A stretch of DNA of 63,799 nt, filler included, from Chiloscyllium plagiosum (Eukaryota): NCBI RefSeq assembly GCF_004010195.1. It is 4 parts of one record of this genome, joined end to end, with 100 filler letters (N's around TTAATTAATTAA, not from the genome) between each part and the next. Parts side by side here need not be neighbours in the genome. Positions count along the whole stretch, not along the records: positions 1 to 28,879 come from NC_057715.1; 3 more parts are not named here. One strand, 5' to 3'. The notes under the pieces are model-generated. The model searched no databases. It had not been told where the DNA came from and saw only the letters and a program-made list of their open reading frames with translations. Of this stretch, positions 1-12,835 are shown one piece after another (position 1 is the first letter of the stretch; every line of letters starts with the position of its first letter). The position numbers and the translations under genes are program-made.

Positions 1-1085
1 TCCACATTGATGCCCTGGGCTTGAAGTGTTCCGAGGCGGAAGATGAGGCACTCTTCCTCCAACCGTCGTGTTGCTATGGTCTGGCGATGGAGGAGTCCAA
101 GGACCTGCATGTCCTTGGTGGAGGGGAGGGGGAGTTGAAGTGTTGAGCCATGGGGTGGTTGGGTTGGTTGGTCTGGGTGTCCCAGAGGTGTTCTCTGAAA
201 CGTTCCGCAAGTAAGCGGCCTGTCTCCCAATATAGAGGAGGCCACATCGGGTGCAGCGGATGCAATAATTGATGTGTGTGGAGGTGCAGGTGAATTTGTG
301 GCGGAGCCCTTCATCAGGAAGTATCCCTTGGGGCCTTGGAGGAAAGTAAGGGGAGAGGTGTGGGCGCAAGCTTTGCATTTCTTGCGGTTGCAGGGGAAGG
401 TGCCGGGAGTGGAGGTTGGGTTGATGGGGGATGTGGACCTGACGAGGGAGTCACGGAGGAAGTGGTCTTTTCGGTGGGGGGAGGGGAAATGAGGAGACTG
501 GTGAAATCCACATTAACCCCGTGTGGTTGGAGGGTCACCTGGCGGAAAATGAGGCGTTCTTCCTCCAGGCGTAAGGTGATAAGGGTATGGCAATGGAGGA
601 GGCCCAGGACTTGCATATCCTTAGGGGAGTGGGAGGGGGAATTGAAGTGTTCGGCTAGGGGCGGTGGGATGGGTTGGTGCGGCTGTCCCAGAGAGGTTCT
701 CTAAAGCACATTGCAAGTAGGCTTCCTGGTCTCCTCAGTGTAGAGGAGATCACATCAGAAGCAACAGATGCAGTAAGTGACATGTGTGGAAGTTCAGATA
801 AAACTCTGATGGATGTGGAAGGCTCCTTTGGAGTCTTGGATGGAGTTGAAGCGTGAGGTGTGGGTGCAGGTTTTGCAATTCCTGCAGTGGCAGGGGATGG
901 TGCCAGGAGGGGAGGGTGGGTTGATGGGGTGCTTGGACCTGACAAAAGAGTCGCAGAGGGAGTGGTCTTTACAGAAAGCGGAAAGGGAAGGGGAGGGAGA
1001 TATATCTCTGGTGGTGGGTTCTGTTTATAGGTGGCAGAAAGGACGGAGAATGATGCGATGTATACGGAGATTGGTGGGGTGGAAA
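1..1085 (-). mobile_element. Cluster of Penelope-like element (PLE) fragments, GIY-YIG endonuclease region
   Basis: Minus-strand reading C..RC..CGLLY.GETGRLLAERFREHL..T..NQPNHP.AQHFNSP and DMQVLGLLHC..LITLRLEEERLIFR..TLQPHGVNV, present in 2-3 overlapping broken copies; frameshifted. Confidence 0.8.
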
Positions 1086-3819
1086 GTGATTTATCATTTG
1101 GCTATTGTCCTCCATTTCCTGCAGGATCCCAACACAATCACGGTCATCTCCTTCTTCTTCTGCAGGCACCGGTAATAGTGAGGCTGGGTTGACTGAGCCC
1201 ACACAAATTATGTGCATATTAGAGGCTTTTAGGACTGCTGTTCAACAGGCCCACTGGGCAGCATTTACCTGGGATACTCTGTTCATGGAGAGCAAAGCGT
1301 GTACACCATGTGGGCAGGTAACTATCAATTTGTGATCCAACACCAGACTCACAGTAACTTCCACTGCCATGCACATAATTTACACCGCTCTCAAGCAGCT
1401 CCCCCATCTGAGGGCTACACTCTCCAATTTTCCAGGGTACTATCCAACAGTTCTCAGGCTGTCCTCATGTTCCTGGGACAGGACCACTATCATATAGCCC
1501 TCCTTCTCATGGACAAACAAGGTAAAGTGTTTCCCGTTATTGGCGATTCCTAATTCTGGTGCAGAACAAAATGCTTTCTTTCGGTCCTGAAAGGCTTCTT
1601 CCTGTTCCCTTGTCAGTACAATCTGTTCTTTTGAGTTCCAATTCCCTTTCAAGATGTCTGTCAAAGGCTGGGCTATTTGGGTATATAAATCAACCCAGCT
1701 TTGATTAAAGTTACAGACCTCAGGAAGTCCTCAGTTCTCCGATCGTAGTGGGCTGTTTGGTAGCCTGAATGACTGCAGTGTGGCTTTGGGTGATTTCCCT
1801 TTCCAGTGGGAGATTTTCTGTCCTAGATAGACAACATCTTCCAGGGTGATCAGAGCCTTCTTAATACTGGCCTTATGACCATTTTATTGTAGGTGGTTTA
1901 GAGGGGTATTAAGGTCTATTTCAGATGGGATGGTCTTTTAGTTCTTCCCTTTGTAGTGTTCTGATGGACCATGTTACCTGTCTGTCATTGAAATGTAAAG
2001 AGGAATTTAGCTGGGTATCCATCCTGAGCAGCGGCTGGGCTACAGGTCGTACCCGTATAAAGGTTACTAACTTGTGGGGACTGAATTGTAGGTGTATGAG
2101 TTTGGTCGTTTTATTTTCAACCCAGTCAGCTCCTGCTCCATAAGCTGTCCGCACTGTCCCGTCCGTGGGAATCTGGTCTCATACCTCTGGGATAGGCATG
2201 TCAATTCTGCTCCTGTGTCCAAAAGACAGTCAATGTTCAGGTCACCCACCAGGACATATGGTCCGTCTCCCTTCTGCTGGCATAAAACCAGTGGGAGCGT
2301 AGAGGAACACAGGGCAGCCTCTTTCAGTTTTGTCAACTTTAGCAGCTCCTGCTGCTGCTGGAAGGTTAGGTTTTTAAATTGTTCCGGGAGATTGGTGTTA
2401 TTCCCAGCTTCTGGGGTCCCCTCTTTCTCATTTCTTATTCGGCGATTTCTTCCTTTTCCTTTTTCACAGCACCCTCTGGCCCAATGACCTTCCTTCCCAT
2501 CGAAGTGACACTTGTCTGGGCGTTTGTCTTGGGTTTTCATGGGGGTTACTGCAGGTCTGTTTCATTTGTTCTATCTGTCAGGCTTGCAGTTTGGCGCCCA
2601 TATCTCTGTCGAGCTGGTGGGCTCGGTCCACTGATTCATAATAATTAGCCCCCCTCTGATCCCAGTCCGGTTTGGTGATCTTTAACATTTTTGTGAGCGC
2701 AGGTTTAAGTTTCAGCCAAAAAGGAACCATAATCACAACCTTAAAAATCCCTGTTATCCTGCACATTTGGGACTCCTGCATACTTTTTTCACATTGTCCT
2801 AAACACTTCCTCATATTCTGTGACTTCTGTGGGTTTTTGACAGCAAGCTGTGACTTTTGTCCAATTGGTCTTACGTGAACTATACCCTTGGAACGAATGT
2901 TTTATTGCTGTCAGCCAGCTTGTAGTTCCCTCTGAAACTCTCCAAGAGGACCTTTGACTGCCTCATGGAGGAGGCATCCTCCTCTTTTGGTTATAATAAC
3001 GTTCAGAATCTGTACCCCGTCCCCAGGGATGGAGCATATATATTCCCTTTAATTAGTCCAGGCTTTCCCATGTCTTCATTGGCCCCTTATTTGGCTGAGG
3101 CATTTCTTTAGACAATCTGGGCATACTCACAGGGGTCACAGGTCCATGCACAGTGTGCATTTCAGTCTGTAGTAGCGGAATATCCACCTCAATGACATCC
3201 TCTAGTCTCTGCCTAACCATTTTCTCAATCGTTACTTCCCTGGTTTTAAGGAGTTATATAAATGGTACCGGGAACATACAGTCTTCGTGGCTTTCACTGG
3301 TAGAGACCCTCTGTTTTCCAAGAGCAATAGCTTTGTTTTTCTGAATCACTTCCTGGATGTCTCGGGGGTGGGGAGAGTCGGGTTCAAATTCTTTGTGGAG
3401 TTGGGAATTGGGGAAGAAATTGACAGGACTGTTATCGCATTCTTCCGTTTCTTGTTCTCTTTCTCAAGCTCCTGATTTTTAAGGTGAGTTGTTTCCTGTT
3501 TGGATCTATCTTGCTTCAGCTGTTCGTACATTGCTTTTAATTGCTCTTTAAGCCGGATTATTTCATGGTCATGGGCTGATCGGGATATGACTTCATTTCT
3601 CTAGTGAATTTGTCCTATTAATGCAATTTAATTCTATCCTTATTTTTCTTTTCGGTGGTTTTCCCCCAGACCTGTCTCATATCATCGAGGGACAACAGTC
3701 CTTGGGCCATATTATACCTCTGCCTATTTTGGTTAGGGTCTTCCCTAACGAGAACTGAAACTCAAGGTCGTTCTGTAACTGCCACAGTATTTCTTCCTCA
3801 GTTATGCCAGGCGGAGCTC

Positions 3820-4138
3820 GGCACGGTGGCACAGTGGTTAGCACTGCTGCCTCACAGCACCAGAGACCCGGGTTCAATTCCCGACTCAGGCGACTGACTG
3901 TATGGAGTTTGCACATTCTCCCCGTGTCTGCGTGGGTTTCCTCCGGGTGCTCCGGTTTCCTCCCACATTCCAAAGATGTGCAGGTTAGGTGAATTGGCCA
4001 TGCTAAATTGCCCGTAGTGTTAGGTAAAGGGGTAAATGTAAGGTATTGGGTGGGTTGCGCTTCGGCGGGTCGGTGTGGTCTTGTTGGGCTGAATGGCCTG
4101 TTTCCACACTGCAAGTAATCTAATCTAATCTAATCTAA
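3820..4138 (+). mobile_element. tRNA-derived V-SINE (HE1-like) inserted in the ERV
   Basis: A box TGGCACAGTGG, B box GGTTCAATTCC, V-domain GTTTGCACATTCTCCCCGTGTCTGCGTGGGTTTCCTCCGGGTGCTCCGGTTTCCTCCCAC, (TCTAA)n tail. Confidence 0.92.
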
Positions 4139-4495
4139 CCTCTGGACGTTGTAGGAAGTTTCCTGCGGTCACTCATGACCACCATAGTTCACACGTCGTA
4201 GATAATTTACAAATAACACAACACCAGATTATAGTCCAACAGGTTTAATTGGAAGCACACTAGCTTTCGGAGCGATGAAATCTCCAAATCATAGATAATT
4301 TCCTGGCGTGGATAATTTCCTGCCATAGACTATGTCAGCCGATCTGAGATCTAGTCGCCGGGGATTCAAAATAAAACAGCCAACTCACAAAAGGTTCAGG
4401 ATGGCATTCAGGGACTAAATCACAACTCTAAGAAGGAAGCTTCTTACGCTTGAAGAACTGTCAGTGACCAGTCGGTTTAGGTGATGTCCCCAATA

Positions 4496-4513
4496 ATCCT
4501 GCCGACTATACCA
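4496..4513 (-). promoter_or_regulatory. Retroviral primer-binding site, tRNA-Ser type
   Basis: Minus strand TGGTATAGTCGGCAGGAT, 3 nt inside the LTR end (...CCTACA). It matches the complement of the vertebrate tRNA-Ser 3' end (TGGCGTAGTCGGCAGGAT, recalled) at 16/18; the two mismatches fit CpG decay. Confidence 0.8.
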
Positions 4514-4516
4514 GAT

Positions 4517-5923
4517 TGTAGGACTGTGTTCAAATAATGACCGAATCAGTGAGTGGTGAAAATAGCCTCTTTTATTCAGCAATCACAGCACAAGTTCGAG
4601 GCGGCAATAGAACCCCGAAATACAGTTCTTACAAGAGCCCCTTTATACACAGTTCTTACATATATTAAAATTCTATTACTGTAGTGTTACATTTGGGGCT
4701 TCTGTCTTGGGAGACAGGAGATGAGTTAAAACATGTAAGTTCTGGCTGCTACTTCTGATGGGATTAAGAGTGTCTGTCTGGTCGGCTTGCATAATTACGA
4801 GGTGTTAGTCCTTTTGTCATTTAAGTTAGTAATTGTTAGTAAAATACTAAGCCAACATGCTCTAAATAAATTAGAAATTGTACCTGTTCGTCCTAAAGAA
4901 TAAAGGTCTCCTTCCTATGGAAAGATGTGAAACTTGAAAGGGTTCAGAAAAGAATTACAAGGATGTTGCCAGGGTTGGAGGATTTGAGCTATAGGGAGAG
5001 GCTGAACAGGCTGGGGCTGTTTTCCCTGGAGCGTCAGAGGCTGAGGGGTGACCTTATAGAGCTTTACAAAATTATGAGGGGCATAGATAGGATAAATTGA
5101 CAAAGTCTTTTCCCTGGGGTCGAGGAGTCCAGAACTAGAGGTCATAAGTTTAGAGTGAGAGGGGCAAGGTATAAAAGAGACCTAAGGGGCAACTTTTTCA
5201 CGCAGAGGGTGGTACATGTATGGAATGAGCTGCCAGAGGAAGGAGGCTAGTACAATTGCAACATTTAAAAGGCACATGAATAGGAAGGATTTGGAGGGAT
5301 ATAGGCCGGGTGCTGGCAGGTGGGACGAGATTGGGTTGGATATCTGGTTGGCATGGACGAGTTTGATCGAAGGGTCTGTTTCCATGCTGTATATCTCTAT
5401 GACTGTATGAGTCTATGAAACTGAATACTGCAGCTGGGTTGTGAGATTTATTTAGGATAGGAATGAATTTCATTCATTCATGCAATTTCATGGAAGCTCT
5501 ATTTTGTCAGTTAGATTCTTAAAGGGATAATGGCCCAGTTAAAACATACTTAACAGGTACTTACTAATTAGGGAATCTATAACCAGGTCTAGGAGATGGT
5601 TGATAAGGGCTAATTAATATTATAATATTTCGTGGAGTCATGATGGCGGGAATGGTATTGTTCTGTATGCTGTATTTATTTTATAAACACTGCTCGTAGC
5701 AATGGCTGATAAGGTGTGAAAATGGTTTGAAAGGGTTGTTTTTAAATATGGACAGTAAAATATACTACACAGTGTGGTTTTATGAATGAATGAATGAAAC
5801 TGTGTTAAAGTAAATAACGCATTAGTAAAGGATTATGAATGAATGAACGGGAACCCAGTATTAATGAATATAGTGAGCTGGTGAGTGAGTTAATAAAGGT
5901 AGCCTATAACACAATATCTCACA
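4517..5923 (-). mobile_element. 5' LTR of the ERV (~0.9 kb net, interrupted by a CR1 fragment)
   Basis: Minus strand begins TGTGAGA (5923) and ends TCCTACA (4517) next to the PBS; TATA-like TATAAA (~4642-4647) and AATAAA (~4571-4576) in the expected order; outer edge abuts Tx1 coding sequence. Confidence 0.65.
4905..5415 (+). mobile_element. CR1 LINE 3' fragment inside the LTR
   Basis: ORF2 C-terminus (RMLPGLEDLSYRERLNRLGLFSLERQRLRGDLIE) plus 3' UTR ending in TCTATGAC-type repeats; near-identical to 15290-15810. Confidence 0.9.
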
Positions 5924-7670
5924 AGACCAACAAGTTTCAGGCAGACCAAAGAGCATCTTTTAGTGAGTTGATGGTCCTCCACGTGCAGCCAATGTTTGTC
6001 TCGGTGTGAGTCCCAGGGAACAGACTGTAGAGCACAACAGACCTTAGATCAGGGAGCTGCTCAGGATGAACTTCGACAAAAACCATTGCATCTTTCTCCA
6101 GACTTCCTTTGCAAAGGCACATTCCAGGAGGAGATGTGTGACAGTCTCTACCATCTTGCAACCACATGAAGGGCAGTGTGCAGTACCGCAGACAGACCAG
6201 GCATACAAGAGGGATCTCACAGGTAGTGCCCTCACCACCAGCCAGGCAATGCCTTGTTTGCTGGAAAGTTCTGGTGATGAGGCATTCTGACAATGGACTT
6301 TGACAGTCTGCTGAAGGAATCATGTGACAGAATGTACCCTCTCCTTTCCAGCAGGTTTTAAGGACTCTACGTGCTGACCACTTCCTGTTGTCAAAGGTGT
6401 TTTTCTTTGCAAATTTCTCCATGAAGGGCAGGTGATACAGTACAGTCCAACTATTTGGATTGTTCCACAGCAATAAAGTGAAAGATGACTCAGGTGACTG
6501 CAACGGCGCAGGCTCAGGGAACGAGCCAGACCAGTGCCACATACAACAATAGAGAGAGTACCTCACACCTGATGACCAGGTATTCACCCAAAATGGAGAG
6601 GGACCAGTTTCTGCCTCACCTTGGTGGTGCACTCCTCCCAATGTTTTGCACATGCCCTAGCCTCTTCGAATAATATTCCCAGCACCTTCAGGTAATCTGT
6701 CCTGATGGTGAAGGGGATAAAGGATCAAGTGCCTCAGTTCCGAAAGAACATAGCCTTGCTCTTGCCTTGCTTTAAATTGGCTCCCACATTAGTTCAAACT
6801 GATCGCTGACACTGACGAGTCTGTGCACTGACAGCAGATCCGAGCAGAAAATGACAGCATCATCCATGTACAGGGAGGATGTGGCCAACAGGCCTCCACT
6901 GCCTGGAATAGTCTCAGGCTCACATCCTTCCTGATGGACCCCTATACACCACATAAACAAGGCAGGAGAGAGTGGGCAGCGCTGTTTGATTCCAGATCTG
7001 ATCAGGAAGCTCTCTGATTCTCACCCATTGATTGCAACTGCACTAATGATGGTGGTGTAAAGCAAGAAGAACCAGTTACAAATTCCCTCCCCAAAACCTA
7101 TTCTAGAGCGTGTATCCCACGTAGGTGTGGAATATCCTGTCAAAGGCCTTTTCCTAATCCTGATGAGGCAGGTGTCCACTCCACTGTCCTGCATCATATC
7201 ACTGAGGAGTGCGAGGATCTCAGAGATTGTTCTGCCCAGTACAAAACAGGTTTGTTGGGGTGAATCATTGATCCCAGTTTAGATCTTACCTGGTTTGTGA
7301 TGACCTTAGACAGTAGTCTGCATTCAGCAGTGAAATTGGTCGCCAATTTCTAATTTCCTCCATCTCCCACTTCTGCTTCTAAATGAGGGTGATGATATCT
7401 TTGTTCATTGATTTGCATATGTTCCCTGACCGAGCAGGACTTGGCTAATCAAGGCTTACAGAGCTGAATGCAACTCAGCCGGTAAGCCATCGCTTTGCAG
7501 AGTTTTATTCATTTCTTAAGGTTTCGAGGGCCACGGTTAGCTCATCCAGTGATGATGGCTAGTCCAGCCTCTCCCACATGCCATCACTGAAGACCTCCGT
7601 GAGGACAGGAATGGCTGGGAGGCTGCACTGTTTGTTTGCTTCATATCATAGAGAGTGGCATAAAAAGATT
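5924..7670 (-). mobile_element. L1/Tx1-clade LINE ORF2 fragment
   Basis: Minus strand: SDGLPAEL, NWRPISLLNADY, SLYMDD..IFCSD, and Cys-rich C-terminus CPSCGCKMVETVTHLLLECAFAKEVW...KDALWSA; disrupted. Confidence 0.85.
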
Positions 7671-8039
7671 TAAATACGCAACCCTGACCAGCTGAAGGGT
7701 GACATCAGCAATCCATAATGGTCCAATTCATGAACTGGGTTCATGTTCCTGAGCACACAGTGTGCTCGCTGCAGCATTATAATGATAGTTGCAGATATGC
7801 CCTGAAGTGCAGCACTAAAGTGCAGAAGCATCTTCCCAGTGAATCAGAGATATGCCATGGGAGTTCTTAGAGACTGGCATGTTTCAGATGCCAATGCCTG
7901 TAGATGAATGAAGCAGGTGGCCAGTGGCCATGAATTGTGCTGGTCTGGAAAATGAAGTTTGTTTGGAGCCAATGGTGACCAGGAGGTGCCAGGTAACTGC
8001 TCTGACTTCCATGTAGAATGACATCTAATTTGTTTGACT

Positions 8040-9150
8040 ACCCAATCTACTCAACCTCTTGTCATAAGATGACCCTCCATGCATGGTATTGGCTTATTGC
8101 AAACCTTCTCTGAGCTGCCTCCAGTTTAAAAGAGGACCAAAGCTGTTCACAGAATTCCAGCTATTGCCTTACAAAGTTTTAGCAAGGCTTTCCACTTTTT
8201 ATATTAATTTTTTGAAGTAAAAGTCAACATTCCATTTACCTTCCCTATTACCTGCTAAACTTTGATATTAGTTTTTGTGATTTATGCTTGAGGATCCCCA
8301 AATCCCTCTGTGCTGCAGCTTTCTGCAGTCTTATTCATTTACGTCATTTCCAGTTCCTCTATTCTTTCCGCCAAAGTGCATAATCTCTCAGAATTTCCCA
8401 CATTATATTCCATCAACCAAGTTTATGCCAACTCACTCAACCGATACATAGGCCTTCTGCAGACTCTGTTTCATTCTCAACACTCATAAAGTCATAGATA
8501 GAGTCATATAGTCCTGGAGACAGGCCCTTCAGCCCAAACTGGTCCATGCCATCCACACTAATCCCATTTCCCTGCACTTGGCCCATATCCTTATAAACCT
8601 TTCCTGTCCATGTATTTGTCCAAATGCCTCTAAATGTTGTTAATGTACCTGCCTCAACCACTTCTACTGGCAGTTCATTCCGTATGCACATCACCCCCTG
8701 TGTAAACAAGTTGCCCCTCAGGTTTCCTTTTATTCTTTTCCCTCTAACCTTAAACTGATGCCCCATAGACCTTGATTTCCTTGCAATCTTGTCCAATGCA
8801 TCACATCAGTTGTATGACTCTTTGATCTTTTGATAAATCTCTTTGATCTCTTTGATAAATTCTGTGTCCTATGATCCTGCCCCACTAGCTACCTGACAAA
8901 AGAGCAGCACTCCGAAAGCTTTCAAATAAACCTGTTGAACTATAACCTGAGGTTGTGTGATTTTTAACTTTGTCCACTCTAGATCAAGCCAGCACCTCCA
9001 CATCATATATCCTTTATAATAAACCCAAGCATTTCCTCAATGACAGATGGTAAGCAAACTGACCTATAGTTACCCATTTGTTTTATTCTCCTTCCCTTTT
9101 TGAATAAGAGTATGGCAGTTTTCAAAACATCTGTGACTTTTTCAGAATCC
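8040..9150 (-). mobile_element. Old CR1 fragments with nested younger CR1 3' end (~8485-8790) and a PLE tail (~8865-9003)
   Basis: Reverse-complement CR1 RT/3' motifs (RGNLFTQ..NELPVEVVEAGT; LFKKG..GNYRSVCL); PLE tail AATAAACCTGTTG.ACTATAACCTG. Confidence 0.7.
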
Positions 9151-9214
9151 AGATTCACCGTCACCTCCATACTGCTACTATTAGAAGGCCTATAGACTAC
9201 CCCCAATAGTCACA

Positions 9215-9540
9215 GGATCATTGAATCCTTACAGTGTGGAAACAGGTTATTTGACCCAACAAGTCCACACTGACCCTCCGAAGAGTAACCCACCCAGACC
9301 CAACTTCCTACATTTCCTACTCTACATTTCCCCTAACTAATGCACCTAGTCTGCACATTCCTGAACTTTATGGGCAATTTAGCATTGCCAGTTCATCTCA
9401 CCTGCACATCTTTGAATTGTGAAGTTAGAGCACCCAGAGGAAACCCACCACAGACACAGGGAGAATGTGCAAACTCTACACAGACTATCGCCTGAGTATC
9501 TGGCAGTGTGAGGTAGCAGTGCTAACCACAGAGCCACAGC
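9215..9540 (-). mobile_element. V-SINE (HE1-like), diverged
   Basis: Reverse complement of the SINE at 3820. Confidence 0.85.
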
Positions 9541-11006
9541 AGTGTCTCCTTCCTCTTGTTTTTTTTAATCTCCATTATATTGATTCTTTATCTCCTGATC
9601 CAAGATCATTTCTTGCTATCAAACTTATTTAATCTTGTATTAACAAAATTTTCCCCACTTTCCTTCCTGTCTGTCTTTTTGAAAGATTACATTTCCTGTA
9701 TACTTAGTTCCCACTTTGATCTCTTTGTAACTCTGTCTTTACATAATGACTATAGGATCAAAACTATTAACTTGTATTTGTGCCATTAATTAATTTTATT
9801 CTGAGTACTGTCTGTGTTTAAGTAAACAGCCATTACCCATGCTTTCACCCCTTGGCCCTATTTGTGTGTTTGTACACTGTCCCTTCCAGTTCCACTCCAG
9901 AGTTTCATTAACTAAATCAATGCCTTGCTATAGCACCATCATTTTGCTTTATAAGCCTATATATCCACTATCCAGAAACGCTACACCTTCTAATTAGCAT
10001 AAAGCCCTCAGTACAGTTCTACTTCCTCAATTCACCACGTGACTAGTCCTAGAGCAGTTCTGGTGAAGCCTGTCCCACCCGTACAGCTCGTCTCTACCCC
10101 AGTACTTGTTCCAGTCCATTGTAAACTGAAGCCCATTGCATTCACACCAATCTTTGAGCCATTAATTTAGCTTCTTGATTTTATTTAACCTGAGCCAATT
10201 TTCCTGAAACCAGTAGTAACCCAGAGATTATTCCTTGGAGGTTCTGCTTTATAATTTTGCTCCTAACTGTTCAAAATCTTTGAGCAGAACCTCATTTTCA
10301 GTCCTACCTACATCTTTGGCACCAATGCGGATGATGTCAACTGATTCCTCCCCTCTCAACCCTCCTCAAGCTCCACTCCAGCCTGGATATAATGTCCTCA
10401 ATTGTTATACTGACCTCACATTCAGATCTGTAGAAGTCTATCCTTTAATGTTACTCTTACCTGTCATAGCTACATTCCTATTTCCTCCGTCCTCTCTTTG
10501 AATGACTTCCTGCACAATGGTGTCATAGTCTGTTCACTCATCCTCCCTACAATCCAAAGTTTTGTCTATGTCACTTGCTAAAACCTTATAATTGTCAGAC
10601 AAAAGAAATCTCACATTTCAAAAAGGAAAACATTACTAAGTCCGTAATGTTCACATGAGTAACGGAACTTTTTTATTTCTTCCAGTACGATATAAGTAAA
10701 GTTAGAACAAAATGATTTTGTTTCTTGTTAAATATGCAAAGATGTCCTAAGAACACTAACATTGTCCTTAGTAAAAGTTAGAGTTATACCTGTAGCTTTG
10801 TTTTCAAACATAACTGAATCATTGAATCACAAATGTACATGAAATACTTGACTGTTTCATTCACAATGGCCTTGGAAATGTTTCCTCTTTATTCAGTTTC
10901 CTTTTCGAAAGTTGTACTTGAATTTGCTTCCCCAACCTTTTTAAAAAGTGAAATCTAGATCATAAAAATTGGTCTGCAAAATAATTTTTGCCTTTGGTTT
11001 TTTGTG

Positions 11007-11323
11007 GGCGGCATGGTGGCACAGTGGTTAGCACTGCTGCCTTGCAGCGCCAGAGATCCGCGTTCAATTCCCGCCTCAGGCGACTCTCTGTGTGGAGTTT
11101 GTACATTCTCCCCATGTCTGTGTGGGTTTCCTCCGCGTGCTCCGGTTTCCTCCCACAATCCAAAAATGTGCAGGTCAGGTGAATTGGCCATGCTAAATTG
11201 CCCGTAGTGTTAGGTGAAGGGGTAAATGTAGGAGAATGGGTCTGGGTGGATTACGCTTCGGCGGGTCGGTGTGGACTTGTTGGGCCGAAGGGCCCGTTTC
11301 CACACTGTAGGGAATCTAATCTA
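11007..11323 (+). mobile_element. V-SINE (HE1-like), full length
   Basis: A/B boxes, V-domain, TCTAA tail. Confidence 0.92.
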
Positions 11324-12589
11324 CCTTAAATCTATGTCTTCTGGTAACCAAGCATCCTGCCTCTGGAAACAGTTCCTCCTTCTTCACTTATTCAAAATTC
11401 TTTAGACTTTTGAACACACCTATTAAATCTCTCTTTGACCTTCACTGCTCCAGAGAGAGCAATCCCAGTTTCTCCCACCTCTCAAGAAATAGACATTCCT
11501 CATCCAGATGCCGCAAATTCTTGGGAAAATTATTGACTTCATGGATGCAATGCAGCACTGAAACTAAAATGGAGCCATATGCTGTGAGGATCATCATCCA
11601 GTTGTGAAACTGGTGGGGAGCATATTCGAGGCTGGGAGAAATATCCAGATTGCAGCCTTTGCCACCAAGTTCAGTGTGAAACATTAAGCCTGAGAAATGA
11701 AAATAATATATTAAAAAGCTTTCACACAGCTATCCAAAAGAGGACATAAAGGGGAATATATTAAAAAGTAGTTGACAACTTTCTTGGCAGAAGGAACAAG
11801 TATGGTTCTGTGTCAAAAGATAGAAAGCAGCAATTGTCAGATTCCCAGAGCCATCGAGTTGCCATATTGTTGAGTGACAGAAACGATGCATGTCGATATG
11901 TGGATGTTCAAGTAAACATGTTTCACATCAAGCTAAATCAAAACTGACTTCACTCCATGAGATATAAAACAATCCTTTAGCCTCCTCCTTAATATCTACA
12001 TTAACAGGTGGAGTGATCATTTTGTCTGCTTGATGGTATTTGGTAAAGACACAATATCCTGTATAAAAAGGATATTTTGATTTGATTTTGATTTCATTGT
12101 CACGCGTATGTAAGTCATCATCATCAGTGGTCCCTCGCAGACAAGGATTACTCTCTGCGACTCTCAGGGTGAGTCCATAAGTGGCAGTTTCGACTAATGC
12201 AGCTACTGCAGGCTCTGTTACACTTGGGGTAAATGGTGGTTAGAGAACGGGGTGGGTGGGGCATTGGTATGGCAGTGTGCGCTTTTCACTGTTACTGTAC
12301 AAAAGTACAGGAGTACAGTGAAAAGTGTATAATGTCACCACACAAGACTCCATCTTAGGTACAGGTACTCAGGTGCAGAATCTTAAGAACAAGGTAAAAA
12401 GAAAGAATAAAGTTAAAAGTTAAACATTGCAGTAATTATAGCATAAAACAAACAACATAAGATTAGAAGTTACACATTGCAGAACATCTTAGTTTTAAGT
12501 AAAAAATAAAGAATAAAGCTTAACGTACAAACATTGCAGTCTTTCTTATGTGCCTAGCCACGGTGAGATTGCACTTCGAGGAATCACCT

Positions 12590-12835
12590 CAGGACTAGAA
12601 GTCCACACTGGGTTGAGTCACCCCCACATACTACTGAAAGATCATAATGCTAGGCTGAGAGACTGCCCTGCTGGGCCACTGAGAGATCACCACATCGGGC
12701 AAGAGACCACTGTGACAGGCTAAAAGACTGCCACACCAGGCTGAAAGTCTGCCACACCAAAGCAGCCTAAAGTTGACCTTGCCAAACTGGGAGGATGCCA
12801 CACCAAGTCAGGAGGCTGCCATGCCAGACTTCAGA
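12590..12835. repeat. Degenerate ~20-bp minisatellite-like tract
   Basis: Recurring GCTGAGAGACTGCCACACCAG-like units. Confidence 0.5.

Larger units (their letters stand above)
1086..4516 (-). mobile_element. Decayed endogenous retrovirus internal region (leader, gag, pro, partial pol)
   Basis: Minus strand: degenerate Zn knuckle KCHFDGKEGHWARGC (~2465-2515); aspartic protease IDCLLDTGAELT (~2195-2235); RT C-terminus HKASIKKALITLEDVVYLGQKI (~1815-1880); connection/tether AFCSAPELGIAN..KHFTLFVHEKEGY, KLESVALRWGSCLRAV and VNPASLLP....DRDC (~1090-1660). Stops and frameshifts present; cut off by PLE at ~1085. Confidence 0.85.

Noticed and set aside
3820..3895. tRNA genes at SINE heads
   Set aside because: A/B boxes continue into the V-domain and LINE-like tail in every copy; these are SINEs.
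5937..6653. 238-aa ORF as a host gene
   Set aside because: It is a frameshifted Tx1/L1 ORF2 region.
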